Shown piece after piece: positions 27,868 through 38,494 of a DNA stretch of 64,000 nt. The stretch lies in assembly GCA_951406725.2 (NCBI GenBank), contig OX597815.1, positions 29,574,001-29,638,000 on the forward strand. The letters are read 5' to 3'. The translations under genes were made by a program, and so were the position numbers. The notes under the pieces are model-generated. The model was not told the DNA's origin. It searched no databases and saw nothing but the letters and a program-made list of their open reading frames with translations. The stretch's first letter is position 1. Each line of letters opens with the position of its first letter. The stretch comes from Octopus vulgaris. Lineage: Eukaryota.

Positions 27868-30800
27868 CATACATACATACATGTATACGATGGGCTTCTT
27901 TCAGTTTCCGTCTACCAAATCCACTCACAAGGCTTTGGTTGGACCGAGGCTATAGTAGAAGACACTTGCCCAAGGTGCCATGCAGTGGGACTGAACCCAG
28001 AACCATGTGGTTTGTAAGTAAGCTACTTACCACATAACCACATTTTAGATTGAAGATGGGTTGGTTTTGCTAATGGCCTTTATCCATTCCTTGTAGCACC
28101 AAATAATAAGGCTTTTCATGTAAACTGATGTATTAAACAGAGCCCTATCATTCTGAGGATTCATTAGCAATCTAAAATATTAATGGGGTAGAAGGTGTCT
28201 TGATACTGTTGTTTGTGCAGTAATTTGATATATTGTGCAAATATCACTTGCAGAAAGATGTGTTTTTGATACTTTTATCATTTTTTTTTCTTAAAGGTAT
28301 TCATTTTTACTGCAAATTTTATATTTGACTTTTATTTTAGGCAATCGACTTGACATATTGGCACGGACATCTCTTTGGGAAGTTGGTTTGGACTATCTTC
28401 ATGGAACTGGACATGGAGTTGGTGCCTTTTTAGAAGTACATGAAGGTCAGTTATTCATTTCAAATTTTACATTGTTCATCACACTGCAGGTGTAATATTC
28501 TTCACTACCGAGGGTCATTTATTGTTTGACATTTGAGATTTCTGAACTTCCTGTATACCATTTCCAAAAGCTTATTGCCATCCCTTCTTGCTGCCTCCAC
28601 CGTTTAGCTTCTCTAGGGAACATTGACTAGCCACTCTGGTCAATCATTTTGCCTATTTTGTATGTTTTAACTAGACTCATGATTTGTTGTTATAAATGCC
28701 AATATAAGTGATGTCCTTTTAAAGCATAATTTTGGCACCTGTGCCGGTGGCACGTAAAAAGCACCCACTACACTCACAGAGTGGTTGGCGTTAGGAAGGG
28801 CATCCAGCTGTTGAAACACTGTCAGATCAGACTGGAGCCTGGTGCAGTCTTCTGGCTTCCCAGATCCCAGTCGAAACGTCCAACCCATGCTAGCATGGAG
28901 AATGGACGTTAAACGATGATGATGTTACCACAAATGTTAGTAGATAACACTAGTATTACATATTGCTGTCTGTCTTTTTAGTTAGTGTGTAGCAGTAACA
29001 GGAAGACGCATTGATGGAAGATGGCAGTTTATTTTGGAAAGGATTACAGTATTGTAGAGATAGTACAGCTAGCTGGGTGGGCTGGAGTATGTTAGTGAGT
29101 GTTCTCTTCCCTATAGCTGTATTTGGATAGATTTTGTTTTTATGGAGTGGTGTTGTTTGTTGCTGTGAACTACACAGTCGAGTAGTAGTAGTGATATGTC
29201 ATATTAAGGCTTTCATAAAATGTAAGCAAGTGTTCAGTATCCAAGTATTTTTTTTCCTGATGAGGGTTAAGTGAAACATGTTCTGTTTATTTTTCTTCAG
29301 GGCCCTGCACTATCAGTATGAGGCTATGCAAGACAAATGGACCAATAGAAGAGGGAATGATTCTTACAGATGGTAAGCTAGTATTTTGCTATTTTTTAAA
29401 ATGATTTATACAGTTAACACTATTCTGTTCTGTGGTACTTTTACTATATTCACTATTTCATCTAACATGTATATATATGTCCATTGATCTGTGATATTAT
29501 GTATTTTTTATAGTTGTCTTAGTAATATTATTTGTTCTTTTATTGTTCACTCGCATTTTTGTTACTCTTTAGACTCTTTCATTCATCTCTCCATATGCTA
29601 TATGTATTTCACTGTCCTCTGTATTTTGTTCTTTGGTTAAATAAGTGTTTATATATTTCTTCTGACATTTTGTAGAACCCGGATATTACGAAAAGGAGAA
29701 ATACGGTTTCAGGATTGAGAATGCTTTACTGGTTGTTAAAAAAGAGACAAAGGTAATTTGGTTTCTGTGTTTGTCTACCCATGTGTAATAAGAGAATACT
29801 CCATATTAACCAGCTCTTCGGATTGAATTGTCATATTGAAAATGTGGTGTAAACACACACTTGCTAGAATCTTTATTTGAGGTAGGTGGCAGTGCCCATA
29901 GTAAATCTCTCAAGCAGTGGGTACAGACATGTGCAAGGAATAACTTGTAAAATAGAAAATTTATATACCACACTATAAAGCATATACATTTTTTATCAAT
30001 ATGTGTATAGCCTTGCTTCAAAATAAGTGTGGAGTTATAAACCCAGAGTGAATAGTTACCAAAGGGTCTTAATTTCACCTTAGTTGATACTTAAGAAATC
30101 TTTTTTCAAACTGTATGTATTCTGAAGATGATTTAACTCCAAAATTGTTTTGCAGAAAGGCTAAAATTTTATTCATGTTTAGAACTTTTCTAAATTGTGA
30201 AATTTTATTTAAACTCTTGTTAATTTTGATTTATTTACAGTACCAATTCGAATCAACAAAGTTCCTTACTTTTGAACCTCTAACCTTGGTACCCATCCAG
30301 AAAAAAATGATACTGACCGAAATGCTTACAGTAGAAGAGGTTAGATTTTATAATTTTTTCCCAAAGCAATTAGTCGTAAAACAATTTCATCAGATTCTTT
30401 TTGTTACAACCAAGTGTATATAATACTTGACCTTTAGCTTTAGTTTGTGAGTTCAGATCCTAGTGTTGGAAGTAACTTTTCTATTATTTACCTGACAGCT
30501 ATGTAGCAGTTAAGAGAATGGAAGTATAAGCCTGTTTTTAAGACACTGAATTCTCCTGTCACACTCATCTGACAGATCTAATTAGAACAGAAGAAACATT
30601 ATATACGGGACCTGTCCTTGCTTCACTTTCTGAATGCAGTGGAACTGGTCAGGTAAATCAGTTGTGGAATGTTGAACTAGATGGAAAATGGCATATGGTT
30701 TTTCTGCATGGTAGCTTTATGATCATTTGGGGGTGGGACTACCTAAAAGTGTTGAGTTTGAGTACAAAATATTGATTTACATCTTCTCACAGAGCCAGTT

Positions 30801-32559
30801 TTGAAGTGGTAAGGATTATCGTTAGCTGAATCAACTTCAATACATAATTAGTTTTACATATTTTATAGATGGTGACATTCATCTTTCACGTCTCTGAAGA
30901 TGATCAAATTAGTACCTTTACTCTTTGTGGGTCTGAGTTACCTTGTCAAGCCAATATTGGCATATAATCAATGGGTTTTGTGGGGGTACATAATAGCAGA
31001 AACAGGACCTGGCAGAACTCTTGCTTTTTATGCAGCCCTCCTCTCTGTAGTTTTTTTGATCATTTCTGATTCTGAGTTCTGTACTCAACATACACAGCAC
31101 TATTCCACAGTGATTGGTCTTGTGTAAGATGTTCCCACTTCATAGATATTGTACTAATGAACAGCAAAATGGAATTCAACAGAATTTTCAGCTCTAGAAT
31201 TAGCATCTGCTGTGGGGCATTTGCTGATGGGTGCATCTTAGTAGTAAGGGATTTTAAGTGATGGGTATATATTAGTCTCAGTAGGTTACTGGTACTTTAG
31301 AATGAAGGATATTTGTTAATTAGGGATTAGTTCTACCAATTTCAAGGAGCATAAAATTGGAAATATGCTTTTCTCTAGAATGCTGAGAATCTAAATTAGG
31401 TTGTTGACCAAGCTCACCAGGTGCTTCTATCCTTCAATGCTAACCAATTTAACAATAATTTTGTGATTTTTTTTTTCTTTTCTGCTGAATAAATACTCTT
31501 AGATTCTGATGTCTTCTAGATAAAAATTTTAGATTAAAATAATAAAGGTAAAAATATATTTAAAGGTATATATCGCATAAAAATAATTTAATGAATAAAA
31601 AGATGAGAACGCTCTGTCAAAAGTAATGTTTATTTGTTCACTTCGTTTGGAATTAATCCTGCATTATCTTGTAGCTTTAAGATTTTGATGATATGAGCTC
31701 CATTGAGTGGGATCACTGCCAGAGCAGCTGTCTGGCTTCTGTGCCAGTGGCACGTAAAAAGCACCATTTGAGCGTGATCGTTACCAGTGTCGCACTTGTG
31801 CTGGTGGCATGTGAACAAAACATTCAAGCGAGGTGGTTGCCAGTGCCGCTGGACTGACTCCTGTGCAGGTGGCCCATAAAAAAACAACATTTCGAGCGTG
31901 GCCGTTGTCAGTACCTCCAGACTGGCCCTCGTGCCGGTGGCATGTAAAAGCACCTACTATACTCTCGGAGTGGTTGGCGTTAGGAAGGGCATCCAGCTGT
32001 AGAAACTCTGCCAGATCAAGATTGGAGCCTGGCACAGCCATCTGGTTTGCCAGTCCTCAGTCAAATTGTCCAACCCATGCTAGCATGGAAAATGGACGTT
32101 AAATGATGATGATGATTGTTTGTTTTTAAGAATGACATTGTAGGGTAGATGTAAGAGCCTAGATCTGGCCAGTTTAAACATAAAACAGGTAGAATATTTG
32201 GGCTAGATATGGCTGATTTAAATGCTAAATGGTTAAAATGCTTTTAAATAGCTTCATCTCTAGTAATCAGATATTTCACCCTTGTTTAGTCAATGAAAAT
32301 ATAGCACTAATACTGTTTTACAGTTTCTATATTTAATATTGCAAGACAAATAGGATTTCTGTATTGGAATATTTCTTACAACTATTGCTTTTTTAAAAAT
32401 CTGATGAGCTTAATTTTTGTTTCTTTTCCTTAGAAATGTTGGCTTGATAATTATCACCAAAAGTGTCTTGACATTATTGGACCAATTCTTTTGAAGCAAG
32501 GAAAGCATGAAGCATACAACTGGCTGAAGAGAGAAACTTCTGTTGACCAGCAAAGCTGA
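1297..32559 (+). CDS. XPNPEP1: Xaa-Pro aminopeptidase 1 (cytosolic aminopeptidase P, M24B); 21 coding exons in window, 5' end upstream of window
   Basis: Manually spliced exons sum to 1737 nt (578 aa + TGA) with consistent phases. Motifs: [80 protein letters not shown]. No hydrophobic GPI tail, so XPNPEP1-like rather than XPNPEP2-like. Confidence 0.96.
1436..1940 (-). mobile_element. RTE-LINE 3' tail / RTE-partner short element with (ATG)n end
   Basis: catcatcatcgtttaa...gatgcccttcctaacgccaaccactccgagagtgtagtgggtgc; many copies in the window. Confidence 0.85.
2142..2246 (+). CDS. XPNPEP1: XPNPEP1 exon: [34 protein letters not shown](G)
   Basis: ctatag / gtaagt, 105 nt, LWTDGRY motif. Confidence 0.95.
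2276..2499. mobile_element. piggyBac-like MITE
   Basis: TTAA|CCCTTT...AAAGGG|TTAA termini; related copies at about 9185-9365 and 31610-32236. Confidence 0.75.
2709..2922 (+). mobile_element. Nin/Deu-domain SINE
   Basis: ggtgagctagcagaatcgtta head; tcatccttctggggttgattaaataagtacc domain. Confidence 0.8.
3040..3690 (+). mobile_element. Decayed, internally deleted mariner transposon
   Basis: Remnants of EPRxGR, HxNAxPH and SPDLAPxDYHLFxSLQNHL; 3' TIR-like end atttatgggatgacccaa|ta. Confidence 0.8.
4253..4354 (+). repeat. 3 x 34 bp tandem repeat of a SINE 3' stem-loop
   Basis: atggccgcagccttcgggctgaa(g/a)catttttagc twice plus one diverged unit. Confidence 0.9.
4793..5115 (-). mobile_element. 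3' part of CORE-like SINE interrupted by an RTE tail (4886-5073, +)
   Basis: ttttacttgtttcagtcatttgactgcggccatgctggagc...aagcc then resumes at agtacttattctatcggtc. Confidence 0.8.
5892..5932 (+). CDS. XPNPEP1: XPNPEP1 exon: [13 protein letters not shown]
   Basis: ttgcag / gtatgt, 41 nt, phase-compatible. Confidence 0.88.
7380..7431 (+). CDS. XPNPEP1: XPNPEP1 exon: [17 protein letters not shown](V)
   Basis: ttgtag / gtaagt, 52 nt, VGxDP motif. Confidence 0.9.
8111..8254 (+). CDS. XPNPEP1: XPNPEP1 exon: EWERLHTE...[26 protein letters not shown](G)
   Basis: gacag / gtaaca, 144 nt, NLIDxIW-DRP motif. Confidence 0.93.
8283..8900 (-). mobile_element. RTE 3' tail with several internal ~60 bp subrepeats
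   Basis: (CAT)n start; repeated ggtgcttttacgtgccactggcac units. Confidence 0.85.
10216..10311. repeat. Imperfect minisatellite of AAAATGTC-type 7-9 bp units
   Basis: aaaatgtcaaaaatgtcaaaatgtcaaaaatgacaaatgtc... Confidence 0.9.
10756..11180. mobile_element. Tc1/mariner (pogo-type) MITE
   Basis: TA|ccgtaaatcctcgagtacagtccgc ... gcggattatactcgaggatttaacg|TA terminal inverted repeats. Confidence 0.8.
11774..11869 (+). CDS. XPNPEP1: XPNPEP1 exon: [31 protein letters not shown](Y)
   Basis: ttttag / gtgagt, 96 nt. Confidence 0.92.
13077..13158 (+). CDS. XPNPEP1: XPNPEP1 exon: [26 protein letters not shown](H)
   Basis: tcttag / gtaagt, 82 nt, NxRGSDxxYNP motif. Confidence 0.95.
13219..14025. repeat. 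~105 bp near-perfect inverted repeat (13219-13325 / 13919-14025) split by an RTE tail insertion
   Basis: Arms tattgttatatttcagaatggtc...ttatattaat and attaatataaaa...ctgaaatataacaata; aacattatgttta occurs at about 13208 and 14085. Confidence 0.85.
13326..13893 (+). mobile_element. Young RTE 3' tail with a tandem array of ~62 bp units
   Basis: Near-identical ggcacctgtgtcggtggcacataaaaaacaccatccgagcgtggccg units; ends ggacgttaaatgatgatgatg. Confidence 0.9.
14641..14791 (+). CDS. XPNPEP1: XPNPEP1 exon: [16 protein letters not shown]...[22 protein letters not shown]
   Basis: ttttag / gtaagt, 151 nt. Confidence 0.92.
14895..16126 (+). mobile_element. 5'-truncated RTE LINE: RT C-terminal part running into the shared 3' tail
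   Basis: [18 protein letters not shown] (YADD-box remnant), later LHGSET motif, then the same tail as the dispersed copies. Confidence 0.85.
16887..16931 (+). CDS. XPNPEP1: XPNPEP1 exon: [15 protein letters not shown]
   Basis: caccag / gtaagt, 45 nt, phase 0-0, fills the expected gap between KVW and TPI. Confidence 0.78.
17153..17603 (-). mobile_element. RTE 3' tail
   Basis: catcatcatcgtttaacgtctgctttcca... family consensus. Confidence 0.85.
18731..18817 (+). CDS. XPNPEP1: XPNPEP1 exon: [29 protein letters not shown]
   Basis: tttcag / gtaagt, 87 nt, KAxKNxxExxGMRxAH motif. Confidence 0.95.
18976..19375 (+). mobile_element. Dimeric Nin/Deu-domain SINE
   Basis: B box plus gactttgcctttcatcctttcggggtcgat domain occurs twice in tandem. 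Confidence 0.85.
20139..20189 (+). CDS. XPNPEP1: XPNPEP1 exon: [17 protein letters not shown] (followed by GC donor)
   Basis: atttag acceptor; GAG|gcaagt donor; 51 nt; joins VPK in next exon. Confidence 0.9.
20996..21250 (-). mobile_element. Meta-like tRNA SINE nested in a Nin SINE
   Basis: atgtgttaacat repeated on both sides (TSD); host SINE continues at 21263. Confidence 0.75.
21630..22165 (-). mobile_element. Meta-like SINE interrupted by a Nin SINE (about 21770-21985, +)
   Basis: Matches reverse complement of 198-525 on both sides of the insert. Confidence 0.75.
22397..22455 (+). CDS. XPNPEP1: XPNPEP1 exon: [19 protein letters not shown](R)
   Basis: ttgtag / gtaata, 59 nt. Confidence 0.92.
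22586..23700 (-). mobile_element. RTE LINE ORF fragments (RT N-terminus)
   Basis: ORF 22587-22922: [22 protein letters not shown]...[19 protein letters not shown]; further decayed pieces at about 23200-23700. Confidence 0.85.
24150..24227 (+). CDS. XPNPEP1: XPNPEP1 exon: [25 protein letters not shown](R)
   Basis: tggtag / gtaata, 78 nt, SFxTIS...IIHY motif. Confidence 0.95.
25069..25140 (+). CDS. XPNPEP1: XPNPEP1 exon: [23 protein letters not shown](R)
   Basis: ttttag / gttcgt, 72 nt, metal-ligand Asp in DSG. Confidence 0.95.
25584..25644 (+). CDS. XPNPEP1: XPNPEP1 exon: [20 protein letters not shown]
   Basis: ttgtag / gtattt, 61 nt, metal-ligand Asp in TTDVTRT. Confidence 0.95.
26953..27022 (+). 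CDS. XPNPEP1: XPNPEP1 exon: [23 protein letters not shown](G)
   Basis: ttctag / gttagt, 70 nt, VLKGHI motif. Confidence 0.95.
27630..28040 (-). mobile_element. CORE-like tRNA SINE with internal microsatellite
   Basis: Reverse complement of the 44523-44956 family. Confidence 0.85.
28341..28445 (+). CDS. XPNPEP1: XPNPEP1 exon: [34 protein letters not shown](G)
   Basis: ttttag / gtcagt, 105 nt, HGTGHGVG metal-binding motif. Confidence 0.96.
28735..28924 (+). mobile_element. RTE 3' tail
   Basis: ggcacgtaaaaagcacccactacac...ggacgttaaacgatgatgatg. Confidence 0.85.
29301..29372 (+). CDS. XPNPEP1: XPNPEP1 exon: [23 protein letters not shown](E)
   Basis: cttcag / gtaagc, 72 nt. Confidence 0.93.
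29676..29752 (+). CDS. XPNPEP1: XPNPEP1 exon: [26 protein letters not shown]
   Basis: ttgtag / gtaatt, 77 nt, both Glu ligands (EPG, RIEN). Confidence 0.96.
30241..30339 (+). CDS. XPNPEP1: XPNPEP1 exon: [33 protein letters not shown]
   Basis: ttacag / gttaga, 99 nt. Confidence 0.95.
31610..32236. mobile_element. piggyBac-like MITE with nested RTE tail (about 31692-32115, +)
   Basis: Flanks match reverse complement of 2276-2499; insertion at gatgat. Confidence 0.75.
32434..32559 (+). CDS. XPNPEP1: XPNPEP1 terminal coding exon: [41 protein letters not shown]
   Basis: ccttag acceptor, TGA at 32557-32559, WLxxYH and WLxRET motifs. Confidence 0.95.
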   Translation, partial: KCWLDNYHQKCLDIIGPILLKQGKHEAYNWLKRETSVDQQS

Positions 32560-33264
32560 TCTTCAAGTGGAAGATGAAATTTTTTTGTCTTACTTTGATT
32601 GCCCAATAGTTAATAATAGACAGGCCACTTCAGAATTAGTAGTTTAATACAAGCAAGTGGTGACAGAACTAATGTTTTGTATATGATATTTGCATCAATT
32701 CCAGAAATAAAATAGTTTAATGTTAATTGTAACGGGGAGGGAGATTTAAATGCTACATGGTTTAGTTTCAATGAATATTTAAGTTTATTTTTGGCTTGCC
32801 TAATATTTTGTATGAGTGTAGTGGAGATGGCTGATGTTAGCGAGGCTTTAGAGTAACTAGTTTGGTACCTTACTAAAAGGAATTCATTTCTCATTAGACT
32901 TAACTCTTTACCAATTAGCACCAACTTTAATAAACTTTAGAAAAAATTAATAGTGTGTAACAAACACCCTAGAGCAAGATCTGATCTCCTGGTAAATTAA
33001 TTCATGAGTTGATTTGGTTTTATAATTTCTGTACCACTAATGCATTAGAAAAAGGTACAAACCTAATTCTCTTATAAATTTGTCTTGGGCCTGTCAGTAA
33101 TTAAAACTAAACTGTAGTGATTTTTTTAATTATATATTCTTGTTATATTTTCTTAATTATGTACAGTTCTTAAAAAATATATATATAATGTAATTATTTT
33201 TGTATTCTGCTTAAAATTTTTTTCTAACAGGATGTTGAATCAAAAGAAATTTTGTAATATAAAT

Positions 33265-33270
33265 AATAAA
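33265..33270 (+). terminator. Candidate polyadenylation signal for XPNPEP1
   Basis: AATAAA followed about 25 nt later by GT-rich ttggtgttctgt; alternatives at 32706 and 33342. Confidence 0.5.
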
Positions 33271-33724
33271 CAGCTAATTGTTAAAAGTTGACTTGGTGTT
33301 CTGTATAAATTTTATTTCTTCTTTTGTTGACAAATCAAAATAATAAACCTCCTTCTGACATTTCATACTTGAGCATGTTTATTAAAATATAACAATTTAG
33401 TTGTCTTAATTATTTTTGTTTTGCAGCTATCATTTTTTTTGTGTTGACAGCTCTAAAGGATCTATGATAGTTTTGGAGTTAGAGAATACAATCTAGCACA
33501 TAGAATGCATACCGCATTTATTTTGTGATACTGTTGAGTACAACTAATTTAAACAGGAATGATGCAGGCTAGTCAGATTTACAATGATTTGTGGTTTGGA
33601 ATATTTATAAAAATAAAAATTCTCAAGCAATTTGAGATGTAATAAGTAAGGGTTAATCAGGAAAAAATGGATAAATTTATCAAAGATAGTGGCAGATTTT
33701 TCTTTTTAATGTCTACTTTACTAA

Positions 33725-34084
33725 CACATAAAAAAACACCATTCGAGCATGATCGTTACCTGCATCGCCTAACTGGCACTTGTGCTGGTGGCACATGAAA
33801 AAACATTTGAGCGAGGTCGTTGCCAGTGCCGCTGGACTGGCTCCTGTGCAGGTGGCACATAAAAAGCACCGTTTGAGCATGGCCGTTGCCAGTACTGCTG
33901 GACTGGCCCTCGTGCCAGTGGCACGTAAAAGCACCCACTACACTCTGAGTGGTTGGTGTTAGGAAGGGCATCCAGCTGTAGAAACTCTGCCAGATCAGAT
34001 TGGAGTCTGGTTCGCCAGACCTCAGTCAAATCGTCCAACCCATGTTAGCATGGACAGCGGACGTTAAACGATGAAGATGATGAT
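33725..34084 (+). mobile_element. RTE 3' tail
   Basis: Family consensus; further copies at 12547-12690, 18230-18420, 19610-19885, 35955-36223, 38803-39124, 42457-42672. Confidence 0.85.
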
Positions 34085-35149
34085 AACTAACAAGATATTT
34101 TGATGGGTTTAGTCTATCCATAGGTGCCATGTCCATCTACCTCAGCTGGTATTGAACATGTGTATTTTTTTTTTTTTTTGGTTGCTTGTAAATTTCTGCA
34201 ATAGAGGATGAGTATTGGAACAAATTTTTGAGTTCAGTCCCTGTTCTCGTGTGTATACACAAAATACCTGATAACCAGATGAAACTGAAAGGTATTTTAC
34301 CAAATGAAAAAATTATCAAATTTTCACCATTACTATCGTTGTTTTTGCATCCACTTTTCCATGCTGGTACAGTTTGGATGCAACTTTTTAAAATAGTATT
34401 TTATGGCTGGATCTTCCTAACGTCCATCCTTTTAGTTGGATCTGACGTTTTAATAATAATAATTAAATTATTGTATACAGTGCTCAGGTGCACCAGTTTT
34501 GCAGTGATACTTTTTCAAGCAGGATATACATAGTATATCATCAACTTTGGTCAATTGCAAAATTGGGGTATTGCTTCCAAGAAAGTGTTAGTAGTAAGGG
34601 CTTTGAATATAAACAATAAGAATGAAAGCTTAAGTGTTGTGCATTCAGTTTATGAAAAATAGTTCTCCAGTCTAGGATAGTTAGATTAGAAGCTGCAGGG
34701 TGGATTTTTAAGTTTTGGTACTAGAATTTTATATAAAATATCTTTGACATTTCGTCAAATCAATATCAAGTTCTCTTTCACGCTTATGAGATGTATCTAA
34801 GAGTGGTGATGACTTTGCTAAAAGTGTCTGAGAAGTATTAAGACCATAAAAGCCTAGTTTACTGAACATGTGATGTGTTATCATTTTATTTTGGGTTAAA
34901 AGCTAAGTAATCTTTTCCGTAAAACCAAGCGCGTTTACACTGACAATATACCATTGAATCCTACACCGGAAACTCTGAAATTTCCAAGAAATGTAAATTG
35001 TGTATAAGAAAGAAATTATACTTTTTAATACTAAAATAAACAGTACAATAGATCAACTAAAAATAAGGGAAGTAACTTAGGAAGCCTGTTACATAAGGGA
35101 AACAACTCCTTCGAACAGTTTTTTTTTTTTAAACAGGTTCTTTGTAGAC

Positions 35150-35419
35150 CAATGGTTCTCAATCAGGGTCCATATAAGGCTTTTGGGGATCCACAGTATT
35201 TTAAGGATACTCGAAAAAAAATTGTTTTAAATGTGTTGGTATGTATTTCAAGAAACATTTAAGTTTCTTTAAAATTCTACATGGTTCAACCTACAGTTAA
35301 TTTGTGAATAACAAAATAGGAATAACTGGTTTATAAACATGGCTATAGGGGTGGGGGTCCACCAGAATAAAATAGTAACCAAATGGGTCCATAGATGAAA
35401 AATTGTTGAGAACCCCTTG
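35150..35419. mobile_element. hAT-type MITE
   Basis: caatggttctcaa...ttgagaacccctt(g) TIRs with TAGAC-ending flanks; sister copy at 45048-45324. Confidence 0.7.
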
Positions 35420-36227
35420 TATAGACGGTTTAAAATGTGGATCTTAGAGCCATATTCAGTAAGTGGGGGTGGGGAGAGAAAGGATGATGCTTGTTCTATG
35501 CTTTGGGAATGTGATATTCTTACTCAATAGTTTTCTTTGTGTCTAAACTTCCCCAGTTTCTATACTGTTTTTTTCTTACATAATATCAAGATAAATGGAC
35601 ACCTGGCGTACTTCAGGTTTAACCAAAATTTTGCCAACATTCCAGAATATTTAGCATATTCTGGCTTTAACTTATTTTACTACTAGCCACTTATACTGAA
35701 ATTGTGATATTCATACTATTCTGAAGCACAAATCAACAACGATATCGACACATTTTGGAAAATGTAGAACTCTTTTGATCATAGTTAGAATTTTATAGTT
35801 TTCTGGGTTAGACTTTTCATCTCCAACAAAAACAAGAAAAAAAATTATGCCACAGTAATTCATGCTGCTTTGCAATCTCCATCCAAACCATTTTAGCATG
35901 GGAAAATGAATAGTAAAAATGTTTTTGTTTATTTTATGTCTTCATATTTCAGACCAGCATCACCTTACTGGCACCTGTGCCGGTGGCAAGTGTAAAAGAT
36001 TTGAGCGAGGTCATTGCCAGTACCGCCTGACTGGCCATGTGTCAGTGGCACGTAAAAGCACCCACTACACTCTCGGAATGGTTGGCATTAGGAAGGGCAT
36101 CCAGCTGTAGAAACTCTGCCAGATCAAGATTGGAGCCTGGGGCAGCCATCTGGTTTGCCAGTCCTCAGTCAAATCGTCCAACCCATACTAGCATGGGAAG
36201 CGGACGTTAAACGATGATGATGACTCT

Positions 36228-36595
36228 TTTCTTTTACTTGTTTCAGTCATTAGACTGTGGCTATGCTGGGATACCACCTTCAATTTTAATCGAATGAATC
36301 GACCCCAGTAATTTTTTTTAGTCTGGTACTTATTCTATCGGTCTCTTGCTGAACTGCTTAGTTACGAGGACGTAAACACACCAACACTGGTTGTCAAGTG
36401 GTGGTAGTGAACACACACACACACACACACACACACACGAATGTCTTTCAGTTTCCGTTTACCAAATTCACTCACAAGGCTTAGTTTGGCCCCCAGGCTA
36501 TAGTGTGAAGATACTTGCGCAAGGTGTCATGCAGTCGGACCTAACCCAAAACCTCGAGGTTGGGAAGCAAGCTTCTTACAACACAGCAGCGCCTG
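36228..36595 (-). mobile_element. CORE-like tRNA SINE with (CA)n
   Basis: Same family as 44523-44956. Confidence 0.8.
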
Positions 36596-36844
36596 TACTT
36601 ATTATCTTGTTTAATTATATGTATGTGTGTTTGCATATATAGAACAGAACAGAACAATTAGGCGCAAACATTTTGTCGATGGCTTTTGCTGACGTTTTTT
36701 AACAATATGGCACTGAAATAACTCCACATGCACACAAACATATGCAGAGAAAGAGAGGGATCAGGGAGAGAAATGGATTTAGATGAAAATGAGATGCCGA
36801 ATTTGCTGGAATATAAGATGTGATTTAATATACTTTAAAATAGA

Positions 36845-37155
36845 TCCCCTTTGGTCATAAATGACAATGGGATTGCACCTAGAAAGTTTCCCTCCGAGGC
36901 ACAAATCTGCACAAGGTTGTTTATGAAATGCCAGCTGTCACCCAAGCATACCAGTCTTCCTTCTCTAGGGCACTGATGTTATCCAAGTGATAGGCAAAGG
37001 CCGATACAGCTTGGCATCAGTGACGTTGCAACTCATTTCTATAGCTGAGTGAAATTGAGCAGTGTGAAATAAAGTGTCTTGCTTGATTCGGGAATTGAAC
37101 TCAATACCTCAAGATTTTGAGCCCAATGCTCAAATCACTGAATCATGCATCTTCA
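36845..37155 (-). mobile_element. Meta-like tRNA SINE
   Basis: Reverse complement of the 198-525 family. Confidence 0.75.
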
Positions 37156-37212
37156 CTATATACTTTAAAATGTATAATAAAAACTAATTGCCCTGTGTTC
37201 ACTGCGGCTGTA

Positions 37213-38494
37213 TAAGGGTGGGCTGAAAGGTTCATAGGCTGATTATGGAGTGATGCTAGAACGGTGATATTGAGCATAGATTAATTTCAACTGTTTTTGT
37301 TAATAACTGCCTTATTTCTTTCACAGTGAACTGACATCTGATTGTTCAAAGAAGACTTCAAAAGTAACTAGTAATGACTTCTCTTGAAAATTAGCAAAAT
37401 TTGGTATCGTGTCTGCAGAAAAAGGGTTTAGCTCCCTAGGACATTCATGCTGACATGGTTACTACATTAGGGGGTGATACTTCAGCTTTATCAACAGTGC
37501 AAAAAGTAAGTGGGCAGCTGAATTTAGGAGGCGAATGGAGAGTCTTGAAGATGATGAACCGAGGTCTGGATGTCCTGCAACTGCCACCACTGAGGTAAAC
37601 ATTGATCGTGTTCACCACATGCTGATGGATGACAGGCAAATGACTATAAATTAAATAGCCAATGCTATTAGCATAACTGTGAGAGAGTTGAGAATATTCT
37701 GCACAATGAATTTGACATATTCTGCACAATGAATTTGACATGATGAATGTTTCTGCTCGGTGGGTGCCATGTCTTTTGACACCTGATCATAGGTGCACTA
37801 GGAAAATCTGACATTGTTTGAGGCAGCTCCAGCTGGTTTCCTTGAGCTATTCCTAACCCAGGGTGAGTGGTAGCTTCATCACTTTGGGCCAGAGACAAAG
37901 AGACAATCCATGCAATAGAAACAACCCTCCTCACCAACTCCAAAGAAGGATAAAGTTATTCATCTTCATGGAAGGTGTTGGCCTCAGGTTTTTGGGATGC
38001 AAAAGGTATTGTGTTTATTGATAATCTTCAAAAGGGCTACACTATCAATGGAGAGTACTATGGCAATTTGTGGAGACAGTTACGATGAGCTCTCAAGACC
38101 AAATGCCCCGGAAAACTGACAAAATGGGTCTTGTTTCATCGGGACAATGCTCTAGTACAGAAGTCCTTGGTTTCAATGGCTGCTGTGCATGACTGTGGCT
38201 TTGAAGTGGTTGATCATCCCCCTACCCTACTCTCCTGATTTGGTCCCATCTGGCTATCATCTGTTCCTCGACATGGAAAAGCACTTGGCTGGGAAGCAGT
38301 ATCACAATGATGATGATGTCATATCTGCTGTTATAGTTACTTTTGAAGTTTTCTTTGAACAGTCAGATGGCAGTTTACCTGGAAAGAAACGATGCAGTTA
38401 TTCATAAGAAGGGTTGAAATTAATCCATGCATTATTTCACAGCCTTAACATCACTCTTTCATAGTCAACCTATGAACTTTTCAGCTCACCCTTG
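37213..38494 (+). mobile_element. Near full-length decayed mariner transposon (~1.28 kb)
   Basis: TIRs aagggtgggctgaaaggttcataggctga / tcaacctatgaacttttcagctcaccctt; remnants WAAEFRR, ARWVPxLLT, DNA, YSPDLVPSGYHLF; stops and frameshifts; 23 bp internal duplication near 37694-37739. Confidence 0.92.

Noticed and set aside
29255-29285. CTGATGA...GAAACATGTT hammerhead-like string
   Set aside because: No stem II (gggttaagt) and no stem I pairing; it lies just upstream of an exon's polypyrimidine tract.
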